Source: a virus. Taken from it: a stretch of 64,000 nt of DNA. The stretch lies in the IMG/VR virus record IMGVR_UViG_3300049172_000080, positions 1 to 64,000 of that record, one strand, 5' to 3'. How positions within the stretch are numbered: position 1 is the stretch's first letter; each line of letters begins with the position of its first letter. A program made the translations under genes and the position numbers. Shown one piece after another: positions 33,333-40,494 of the stretch. The notes beneath the pieces were generated by a model. It was not told the origin of the DNA. It did not search any database and saw only the letters and a list, made by a program, of their open reading frames with translations.

Positions 33333-34433
33333 TCACAGGAACCGGTCGACCAGGCCCTCGTATACCTTCACGGCCGCCGCCGCGTGCGTGCGCTTGAGCG
33401 CCTCGTCGTCCCGGCGACGGATGTAGCGCATCGTCGTGGAAATGTGGCTGTGGTCGGCGAACCGGCGGATATCGTCCGGCGTTGGCTTCCCGTCCTTCGA
33501 CGCCAGACCCTCGTCGTACATGTGGGTCAGCTTGCTGGCCCTCAGGACATGCGGGGTGAGGTCCCGGCCCGGCAGCACACCGGCCGCACGGCCGAGGCGG
33601 TTCAACAGCCGGTCCACGGCGTGCCGGTCCATCGGCCGGCCGCCGTCATCGAGCAGCAGGTGCCCGGAGGTGCGGCCCTCCCAGCACACCGCGCCCAGCT
33701 CGCACAGCTTCGGCGGAAGGGTGAACTTCCGGCCCTTGCCGCCCTTGCGGGTCAGGTCCAGCTTGCACTCCCCGCCGGACGGCTTCATGTGCTGCATCCC
33801 GGCCGCGCAGCACTCCGAGACGCGGCCGGCCAGCGTGTAGATGAGCACCGGCACGAGGGCCTGGCGCGGGGTCTGCGCCTGCTCCACCACAGCCTGGAAC
33901 TCAGGCACTTCGAGGATCGGCGTCATCGCCGCCTCGTCGTGCTGGTCGATCACCGGCCGGTCGTACCGGGTGATGGGGTTGATGATCTCCAGCCGGGTAC
34001 GGAACTTGGTGTACTCGATCAGCGAAGTCAGCGAGGACACCAGCCGGTTGACCCGGCGCGGCCCGAGCCCGATGTCCGTGGTCCAGGCCCTCCAGGCCGG
34101 GATGACGTCGGGGGTGATCGCCCCGAGGTACCAGGGCTCAGTACCGACCAGCTCCCGGGCGGCGCGTGCCCAGTGGCGGACGTCGTCGGCGTACTCGCGC
34201 CGGGTGCCGTCGCTCAGCCTCTCGGAGTTCAACCACCCCACCACGTGCTCGAACGTCTCGGGTGCGCACAGCTCGTGAAGCAGGTCGAGCCGGTGGACGC
34301 GCGGCCCGAGCCGGCGGTTCCTCGGGTCGCGCGGGGCGACCGTGCCCAGTTTCTCGCGCAGGCCCAGCACGGTACGCAGCGCCGCGTTCCCGTCGGCCGC
34401 GATGGTGGTGGGCTCGGTTGGAGCGAGTGTCAC
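33333..34433 (-). CDS. int: tyrosine integrase
   Basis: LAGRVSE (Arg), HVLRAS (HxxR), ADHSHISTTMRYI (His..Tyr); start set at the GTG with a GTGA overlap onto the upstream stop. Confidence 0.85.
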   Translation of the reverse strand: MTLAPTEPTTIAADGNAALRTVLGLREKLGTVAPRDPRNRRLGPRVHRLDLLHELCAPETFEHVVGWLNSERLSDGTRREYADDVRHWARAARELVGTEPWYLGAITPDVIPAWRAWTTDIGLGPRRVNRLVSSLTSLIEYTKFRTRLEIINPITRYDRPVIDQHDEAAMTPILEVPEFQAVVEQAQTPRQALVPVLIYTLAGRVSECCAAGMQHMKPSGGECKLDLTRKGGKGRKFTLPPKLCELGAVCWEGRTSGHLLLDDGGRPMDRHAVDRLLNRLGRAAGVLPGRDLTPHVLRASKLTHMYDEGLASKDGKPTPDDIRRFADHSHISTTMRYIRRRDDEALKRTHAAAAVKVYEGLVDRFL

Positions 34434-34903
34434 GGCGGATCCCAGATCGCCCCGCCCAAGCCAGCGGGGACAGCGCTGAATTCGCAATCGGTCCACCGAC
34501 AGACGTCCTCGGCTGCCGGGCCGTACTGGACGTACCAGGCGTGGTCGTGGAGTCTCTCGTCGCTCTCGGAAGCCTCAGCCGCCCACTCTTCGTCTGTTGT
34601 CGCCCACTCGTCCCGGTGTGCGAGCAGGATACCGAAGCCCCGGATCTGCCTATCAGGATCGCGGCGGTACGGCGTCCCGGCTTCCATGACGAGGTCACCC
34701 AACTCGGGGTCGCGCATACGTGCGTCCAGTTCGGCGACCTTCGGGGCCGGGTTGCCTACAGTCACCGCATCGCGAAGGGCGCCCGCAACGATGATCATGT
34801 GTCGACGGAGGGCGGTTGCCTTGTCGTCCAGGTCCAGCAGACCATCTCTGCGCGCGGTTCCGGAGACGCCCTCGTAGGGCTGCGGGTATCGGGTGTCGCT
34901 CAA
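34430..34903 (-). CDS. hypothetical protein
   Basis: 157-aa ORF, TTG start after GAGGAA, coupled to int. Confidence 0.6.
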   Translation of the reverse strand: MSDTRYPQPYEGVSGTARRDGLLDLDDKATALRRHMIIVAGALRDAVTVGNPAPKVAELDARMRDPELGDLVMEAGTPYRRDPDRQIRGFGILLAHRDEWATTDEEWAAEASESDERLHDHAWYVQYGPAAEDVCRWTDCEFSAVPAGLGGAIWDPP

Positions 34904-34945
34904 GGTTCCTCATTCCGTGGTCGTGAGTGTCACGGCTGATGAGCC

Positions 34946-35092
34946 CTAGTCCTGAGGCAGCGCACCGGGCGGGATCACCAGCAGCCCACCGTCCACATGA
35001 TCAGGAGCGTCGCCATAGAGCACGATCTCAATTCCGCCGTCCGTTCGTTCCAGCTCCACCGTATTCACGAGTTGTGGGTCGCGTTCGTCCAT
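34946..35092 (-). CDS. small hypothetical protein (48 aa)
   Basis: ATG 35092 to TAG 34946, read by hand (below the ORF-track cut-off); weak SD. Confidence 0.3.
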   Translation of the reverse strand: MDERDPQLVNTVELERTDGGIEIVLYGDAPDHVDGGLLVIPPGALPQD

Positions 35093-35196
35093 GCGCTGAG
35101 CCTACCCGGGACCATGATCACGTGGACGCAAAACACACGTTTTGCGCTTCGCCCAGAGCGATTCTGCGAGAACGACGTTCTGTGCCATCCTCCGGG

Positions 35197-35231
35197 TTGT
35201 CCTCTGCGAGATCCCATGGTTTAATTAATTC
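35197..35231 (+). promoter_or_regulatory. consensus early promoter with embedded AT-rich dyad
   Basis: TTGTCC (35197-35202), 17 nt, TTTAAT (35220-35225); dyad GGTTTAATTAATTC 35218-35231; TCATCGGGCAGG leader; GACCAAGGAA at 35257. Confidence 0.7.
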
Positions 35232-35279
35232 ATCGGGCAGGATGAGCGGCCCGACTGACCAAGGAAAGAGGGACCGGCT

Positions 35280-35732
35280 GTGACTCGACGCGAGATGTCC
35301 AAGACGGAGCGCGCGGCCCGCGACGCAATGAAGCCCTACATCCGCGAGGGCCTCATCAGCCAGGGCGAGGCGAACAAGACGATCCGCGACAGCCTCGCCC
35401 TGGTGGAGAAGACCGTCCGGGACAACTACTCACCGGATCAGGCGTTCTACTACGCGGGCAAGATCGCAACGGCGCGCGAGGCGTTCGAGGCGCAGGAGAA
35501 CCCCGTGGTGCGTATCATCCTCCGGGGCAAACTGATGGGCTGGGAGATGTACGCGGCCGTCTACGTGGTGGTCCGCGAGGAGCACGGCGACACGGACGTC
35601 CCGATGGACCAGGCCGTGGAGACCATGGCCACCATCCGCGACACCGCGCGGGAGATGCGGACGGAGTCGCAGGCCTTCAAGGACATCGTCCGTGAGACCG
35701 AGCTGACGGCACCTGTGGAGGCCGCGCGATGA
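35280..35732 (+). CDS. hypothetical protein
   Basis: 150-aa ORF, GTG start. Confidence 0.65.
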   Translation: MTRREMSKTERAARDAMKPYIREGLISQGEANKTIRDSLALVEKTVRDNYSPDQAFYYAGKIATAREAFEAQENPVVRIILRGKLMGWEMYAAVYVVVREEHGDTDVPMDQAVETMATIRDTAREMRTESQAFKDIVRETELTAPVEAAR

Positions 35733-36250
35733 CCACACCCGAACGCCGCAGGGCGGACCGTCTCCAGGAGCAGGCCGACCGGCTCACGGCCAGGGCTGAG
35801 GGGATGCGCGAGCGGGCAGACGGCATGTACGGCCGGTTCGCCGGCGGACAGCCGCTGCTCGTCGGCCACCACTCCTACCGCTCCGCCCGGCGGACGAAGA
35901 ACCGTGCGGACGCGGCGTCCGACCGGGCGCTGGCCGCGTACACCGAGGCGAAGCAGGCACAGGCCAACGCGAAGTACGCCAAGGCCAAGGCGGACGCGAA
36001 GGACTCAATAGTCGAGAAGGTGTCCGCCCGGACCCGGCCGTGGCAGCGCTCGGATTTCCGGGTGGGCGACATCGTCACCGTGCGCACCTTCGAGACCGGT
36101 CAGGACACCTACCGGGTGAAGAGGGTCAACGCCAAGACGCTGACGCTGGACGGCGGCGGAGGTGGCTGGGACGACCCCCGCCGCGAGTACGACCGAGTCC
36201 TGTCCCGCACCCGGGACGGCGTCACCATCACCGACCCGGCCGAAGTCTGA
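35729..36250 (+). CDS. DUF3560-like protein
   Basis: ATGA overlap; GQPLLVGHHSYRSARR motif recalled from DUF3560; 173 aa. Confidence 0.6.
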   Translation: MTTPERRRADRLQEQADRLTARAEGMRERADGMYGRFAGGQPLLVGHHSYRSARRTKNRADAASDRALAAYTEAKQAQANAKYAKAKADAKDSIVEKVSARTRPWQRSDFRVGDIVTVRTFETGQDTYRVKRVNAKTLTLDGGGGGWDDPRREYDRVLSRTRDGVTITDPAEV

Positions 36251-36254
36251 CGGG

Positions 36255-36289
36255 TTGTGCCCCTGCCCGGACCATGATTTAATTAAGTC
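36255..36289 (+). promoter_or_regulatory. consensus early promoter with embedded AT-rich dyad
   Basis: TTGTGC (36255-36260), 17 nt, TTTAAT (36278-36283); dyad GATTTAATTAAGTC 36276-36289; TCATCGGGCAGG leader; GACCAAGGAA at 36309. Confidence 0.7.
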
Positions 36290-36332
36290 ATCGGGCAGGG
36301 GCCCGGCAGACCAAGGAAAGAAGGAACTGACC

Positions 36333-36695
36333 ATGAACGCCACCGCCACCCGCGCCGCCTCCTCCACCATGATCCGCATTGCCGCCGTCCTGCGTGAGCA
36401 CGAGGCGCTGCTGGCCAAGTACGGCGTGCACGGCATCGTCGGCGTCATCGCCTACATCACCGCCGACGGCTACGGCCGCCGCTACGACGCCGACAGCCCC
36501 CTGCCCGCCCTGGCCGTCCGCATCGGCCGCATCGGCTCCCACGTCGCCGGCGTCCGCCGCGTCAACCGCCGCATCGTCCAGACCCACGAGGTGAGCGAGG
36601 CCCGCATGCGCGACGGCATGCTGCTCCAGGACATCGCCAACACCCTCGACTCCCTGCGCATGGGCGGCGGGCCTGTCGGCCGCGTCAGCGCCTGA
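36333..36695 (+). CDS. hypothetical protein
   Basis: 120 aa from ATG 36333. Confidence 0.65.
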   Translation: MNATATRAASSTMIRIAAVLREHEALLAKYGVHGIVGVIAYITADGYGRRYDADSPLPALAVRIGRIGSHVAGVRRVNRRIVQTHEVSEARMRDGMLLQDIANTLDSLRMGGGPVGRVSA

Positions 36696-36703
36696 CCCCA
36701 GAC

Positions 36704-36749
36704 ACGACGAAGCCCCGGGACTCCACCACAGGTCCCGGGGCTTCGTCGT
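36704..36749. terminator. bidirectional hairpin terminator
   Basis: Perfect 18-bp stem ACGACGAAGCCCCGGGAC/GTCCCGGGGCTTCGTCGT, 10-nt loop, between convergent genes. Confidence 0.75.
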
Positions 36750-36758
36750 CGTGACTCG

Positions 36759-37139
36759 TTACACGAGCCAGTGCCGGCCACCAGCCGCACCGAAGGCGCC
36801 GACGTACACCTGGTGCGTGTAGTCGCCGGACTGCCAGCGTGTGCCCGCAGTGCCCGCGATGAAGCGATGGCACGTACGTTCGATAATACGGCGTAGCTCG
36901 GGGAACTGAAGGTTCAAGAGCAGACCCGACAGCTCCACCCCTTCCGGAGCGGGCAGGGCCGCCGCGTCCTCGTCCCCGGTCGCCTCGTGCACGGCGGCCC
37001 GGATGGCCAGGACGCGGACCGCGTCGGCCATGCTCCCGGCGACGTCCGGCATCTCCGGGTCAGCCATCCACCGGCCGTGGATCTCTGCCGCGCGGCAAGC
37101 GGTCATCGTGACGTCGGACAGAGTGCTGGTGGCGGCCAT
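36759..37139 (-). CDS. hypothetical protein (divergent from the GntR regulator)
   Basis: 126-aa ORF; SD GGAGGA. Confidence 0.65.
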   Translation of the reverse strand: MAATSTLSDVTMTACRAAEIHGRWMADPEMPDVAGSMADAVRVLAIRAAVHEATGDEDAAALPAPEGVELSGLLLNLQFPELRRIIERTCHRFIAGTAGTRWQSGDYTHQVYVGAFGAAGGRHWLV

Positions 37140-37155
37140 GCGGTCCTCCGTGTGT

Positions 37156-37169
37156 GATTTATCGAATTC
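37156..37169. promoter_or_regulatory. AT-rich dyad copy (GATTTATCGAATTC)
   Basis: In the divergent 140-bp region between 37139 and 37280. Confidence 0.4.
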
Positions 37170-37188
37170 ATGGGCATGCCCCTGTGAG

Positions 37189-37221
37189 ACTTCCTACAGG
37201 AAGCACCCTCCTGTAGGAAGT
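37189..37221. promoter_or_regulatory. perfect 13-bp inverted repeat, candidate GntR/HutC operator
   Basis: ACTTCCTACAGGA (37189-37201), 7-bp spacer, TCCTGTAGGAAGT (37209-37221). Confidence 0.6.
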
Positions 37222-37246
37222 TAGGGCACCGTTCCGGTACCGTCAA
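37218..37246 (-). promoter_or_regulatory. sigma70-type promoter for gene 36759..37139
   Basis: Minus strand: TTGACG (37246-37241), 17 nt, TAACTT (37223-37218); the -10 overlaps the right arm of the inverted repeat. Confidence 0.5.
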
Positions 37247-37279
37247 CCACATCCGATAGGAAGACCCGAGGAGCTAAGC

Positions 37280-37957
37280 ATGGCTGGCACCGTGGCACGC
37301 ATGGTCAATTACCTGAAAGCGCGCGTTGACCTGGGAACACTGAAGCCTGGCGACCGACTGCCACCCACCACCGCACTGATGAAGCAGTTCATGATCAGCG
37401 ACAACGCGGTCTACCGGGGAATCGCGCTCTTGAAGGCCGAGGGCTACGTCACCTCCCAGCAGGGCAAGGGGGTGTTCGTCGCCGACCGCCGCCGGCTCAT
37501 CGTGGGTGAGAAGCGGATCCAGGGCATTACGCAAGCCGGTGAGACGATCAACCACAAGCGCAGCGAACGCGTGCAGGCGCCGGACTGGGTCGCCGAGTTC
37601 CTCGGGGAGGGCGAGTGCGTGAATCGCGTTCGTACCGTGAGCCGTGGGGACGCGGTCGTGCAGGCGTCGCAGTCGTGGGTGCACCTCGCGGTTGCCGACG
37701 TCGTTCCCGAGATCGATGAGCCCCAGGCCTGCGACCCGACCTGGCAAGCCGTTTACCAGGACCGCTCGGGCAACCCCGTGAAGGTGGCGTCCAAGACGGG
37801 CATCGTCCGCACCACCACGGACGAGGAGCGTGAGGAGTTCGGCCTGGACGCCGACCGGGAGGTGCTGGCCGTCCGTAGCATCTACGTCACCGGCAATACG
37901 GTGATCGGTGTCGGCGAGGCCGCGTACGCGCCGGATAACCCTTTGATCATGTCCTGA
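37280..37957 (+). CDS. GntR-family transcriptional regulator (HutC/UTRA type)
   Basis: LKPGDRLPPTTALMKQFMISDNAVYRGIALLKAEGYVTSQQGKGVFV wHTH, plus a ~150-aa C-terminal effector-like domain. Confidence 0.8.
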   Translation: MAGTVARMVNYLKARVDLGTLKPGDRLPPTTALMKQFMISDNAVYRGIALLKAEGYVTSQQGKGVFVADRRRLIVGEKRIQGITQAGETINHKRSERVQAPDWVAEFLGEGECVNRVRTVSRGDAVVQASQSWVHLAVADVVPEIDEPQACDPTWQAVYQDRSGNPVKVASKTGIVRTTTDEEREEFGLDADREVLAVRSIYVTGNTVIGVGEAAYAPDNPLIMS

Positions 37958-37978
37958 GAGCGCATGCGTGCCCCACCC

Positions 37979-38009
37979 GAGCCCCGGAGCCTTCACGCTC
38001 CGGGGTTTC
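37979..38009 (+). terminator. hairpin terminator (left copy of the repeat flanking the RiPP cassette)
   Basis: GCCCCGGAGC/GCTCCGGGGT stem, 6-nt loop, TTCGTTGTGT. Confidence 0.65.
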
Positions 38010-38023
38010 GTTGTGTCGGAGAG

Positions 38024-38058
38024 TTGCATGCATCACACAACTGTGGTTTAATTAATCC
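38024..38058 (+). promoter_or_regulatory. consensus early promoter with embedded AT-rich dyad (drives the RiPP cassette)
   Basis: TTGCAT (38024-38029), 17 nt, TTTAAT (38047-38052); dyad GGTTTAATTAATCC 38045-38058. Confidence 0.65.
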
Positions 38059-38209
38059 ATGATCGGCGACCCGTGGGAGCTGGTCTTCCACGGCGTGAAC
38101 ACCGGCCGGGACTGAGTTCACGTACAGCCGACCACCCGGCGGAGAGCAAGGAACCAGGAACACAGGAACGGGTCGTCAACGCGCGGCCCCACAACAGAAG
38201 GACTACGTC

Positions 38210-38479
38210 ATGAGTGCTACGGCCACTCCGTTCGCTCTTCTCGTCGAGATTCCGGCACCTCCCGTCAACCGGACTCCGGCGTACACGTACGACAAGTCCC
38301 GCCAGCTCAACGTGACGGCGGCCGGTGACGCTGTGATCGACGTCAGTTCCGTCGCGGCCCCCTCGCACACGCACAACCACAAGGGCTGGAAGAAGGACGA
38401 CGACTGGGCGTCCCCGGACGGGCTGTTCGGACCGACGTTCACGCACAACGCCTCGGGTCACAAGAAGGACGACGACTGA
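38210..38479 (+). CDS. graspetide (omega-ester peptide) precursor with two core repeats
   Basis: 89 aa; SD AGAAGGA; leader-like TPFALLVE; cores SHTHNHKGWKKDDDW and TFTHNASGHKKDDD; immediately upstream of the ATP-grasp ligase. Confidence 0.7.
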   Translation: MSATATPFALLVEIPAPPVNRTPAYTYDKSRQLNVTAAGDAVIDVSSVAAPSHTHNHKGWKKDDDWASPDGLFGPTFTHNASGHKKDDD

Positions 38480-38481
38480 TC

Positions 38482-39489
38482 ATGCCTCTCACTCCCACAG
38501 TGCTCGTCATCAGCGCACCCGATGACCTGAGTGCAGATCTCGTGATACGGCAGATCCAGGAACGTGGAGTCAGCATTCACCGCGTCAACCCCGCTGACCT
38601 CGCGCGCCCGGGTCTCCTGCGAATGACCGGCATCTCGGACGAGGAACCCCTGAGGTTCAAGATCGACGATGGTCACCGCGTCACACTCTCGCAGTCGGTC
38701 GCGTCCGTTTTCTGGTGGCACCCGGATCCACCCAGCCGCTGGGAGGAGGGAGAGTCCAGGGCCATCCTGGAGGACTTCCTTTACGGTCTCGATGACGTCC
38801 TGTGGGTCAACCACCCGCGCCGGGCCCAAGCGGCTCGGCCGGGCCCTCGGCAACTGAACATCGCGGCATCTCTGGGCTTCCGTACCCCGCCCGCGCTCTA
38901 CACCAACGACCCCGTCCAGGCTGCCGCCTTCGCCCGGGAGCAAGGCGGGCAGGTTGTGTGCAAGACACTCACTGCGCACCCTGACCGGTTCGTTCAGGCA
39001 CGGCTCACGACCGCCGAGGAGATCGAGGCCGCCGCAAACAGCGTGCGTCAGAACGTCGGCTACTTCCAGAAGCCGGTGGACAAGGTATGCGACGTCCGCT
39101 TAACCGTGGTCGGTGACCGGGCGTTCCCTTGCAGGATCACGTCCCCCGGCGCACTGGACTGGAGGGCGGTGCCTGAGACGGGCCTGGGTTTCGAGGTAGT
39201 GGGTATCAGCCTGCCCTTAAACCAGAAGGTTCAGAAACTCATGCAGGTTCTGGGTCTGGAGTACGCGGCGCTGGATTTCGCCGTCGACCAGAACGGCACC
39301 TGGTGGTTCCTGGAGGCGAACCCGGCCGGCCAGTTCGGGTTCGTGGAGGCCGCGACCGGCATGGTCATCTCACGAGCCATCTCTGATCACCTCGTGCAGA
39401 CCGCTCTGGCAACCCACGTCTACACCCCCGGCGGCGGCCACCACGCCTCTTCCGGGGCCCCGTGGCAGCGGGGTGGCGCCGACCGCTGA
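38482..39489 (+). CDS. ATP-grasp RiPP maturase (MvdC/MvdD-like macrocyclase)
   Basis: TVLVISAPDDLSADLVIRQIQERGVSIHRV N-terminus; central VVCKTL.. ATP-grasp body; YAALDFAVDQNGTWWFLEANPAGQFGFVE C-terminal motif. Confidence 0.8.
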   Translation: MPLTPTVLVISAPDDLSADLVIRQIQERGVSIHRVNPADLARPGLLRMTGISDEEPLRFKIDDGHRVTLSQSVASVFWWHPDPPSRWEEGESRAILEDFLYGLDDVLWVNHPRRAQAARPGPRQLNIAASLGFRTPPALYTNDPVQAAAFAREQGGQVVCKTLTAHPDRFVQARLTTAEEIEAAANSVRQNVGYFQKPVDKVCDVRLTVVGDRAFPCRITSPGALDWRAVPETGLGFEVVGISLPLNQKVQKLMQVLGLEYAALDFAVDQNGTWWFLEANPAGQFGFVEAATGMVISRAISDHLVQTALATHVYTPGGGHHASSGAPWQRGGADR

Positions 39490-39507
39490 GCGCATGTGCG
39501 CCCCACC

Positions 39508-39535
39508 GGCCCCGGAGCGAAGATGCTCCGGGGCC
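39508..39535 (+). terminator. hairpin terminator (right copy of the flanking repeat)
   Basis: 11-bp stem GGCCCCGGAGC/GCTCCGGGGCC, 6-nt loop, TTCGTGTGTG. Confidence 0.7.
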
Positions 39536-39622
39536 TTCGTGTGTGAGTAGGCGAAATAGACCTTTCGACGTATGGTGCCCCGCGTCCCCCAGACTTCCTC
39601 GGGTCAGGGTGCACAGGGGTGC

Positions 39623-39658
39623 GTGAGCCCCGCTGGTGTGGTGGCCAGCGGGGCTCAC
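39623..39658 (+). promoter_or_regulatory. perfect 14-bp stem hairpin in the 5' leader of gene 39688
   Basis: GTGAGCCCCGCTGG (39623-39636) / CCAGCGGGGCTCAC (39645-39658), 8-nt loop, 30 nt before the ATG. Confidence 0.5.
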
Positions 39659-39687
39659 GTGCGAACCGCTGCCGACGGGAGAACGAG

Positions 39688-40419
39688 ATGCCCCGGGACT
39701 GGCTGCTCCGCCAGAACAGCGAACTGCGCCGTGAAGGCATATTCAACTGGAGTCTCCCGGCTTGGGCGGGCCGGCTCCCCGACGGCCGGACGTACAACAC
39801 GTGTCCCTCCGCTTCCGCCTGCGCACCGCTCTGTTACGCGCGGCAGGGGACCTACCGCTTCCCGGGCGTCCTCGCCGCGCATGAGCGCAACCTCATGATG
39901 ATTCTGGACGACCTGCCCGGCTGGGAGCGGCGGATGGAAGAGGAGCTAAACCATCCACGTTTCCGGGGCAACCACGTGCGCATCCACGACAGTGGGGATT
40001 TCCTCAGCTTGGAGTACCTGGACGCCTGGCTGCGCATCATGCGCTACGTCCCTGCGACCTCCTTCTACGCGTACACCAAGGAGATCACCCTGTTTCGCGA
40101 GAGGGTGGAACCCGATCCGCCGGCGAACTTCCACTGGTGCTACTCCCTGGGTGGTACGCAGGACCGCCTCATCGACCGCGAGCACGACCGTCACGCCGAC
40201 GTCTTCCCCGACGAAGGCGCCATCGCTGAGGCAGGGTATGCCTCACAAGAGAAGTCCGATCTTCTGGCCATCTACGGCCCGCCGAAGATGGGCATCCCCG
40301 CCAACAACATCCGCCACCTGCGCCGCCGTCAGGGCATGGCCAGCTTCGGCGACTTGCAGGAGCAGCGTGACAACCGCCGACGCGGTCCCGGCAAGCAGTA
40401 CCGCCCCGGGCGGCCGTAG
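39688..40419 (+). CDS. Cys-containing hypothetical protein (possibly phage gp88-like family)
   Basis: ATG 39688 after GGGAGA; NWSLPAWAG..TCPSASACAPLCYARQGTYRF; family name from unverified recollection. Confidence 0.55.
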   Translation: MPRDWLLRQNSELRREGIFNWSLPAWAGRLPDGRTYNTCPSASACAPLCYARQGTYRFPGVLAAHERNLMMILDDLPGWERRMEEELNHPRFRGNHVRIHDSGDFLSLEYLDAWLRIMRYVPATSFYAYTKEITLFRERVEPDPPANFHWCYSLGGTQDRLIDREHDRHADVFPDEGAIAEAGYASQEKSDLLAIYGPPKMGIPANNIRHLRRRQGMASFGDLQEQRDNRRRGPGKQYRPGRP

Positions 40420-40494
40420 CCCGTTTGCCGTGAAAACGGCTATTCGGATGATCGCGGCTACCATGCCCTCCGATCCGAACCGGGGAGGTATGCC

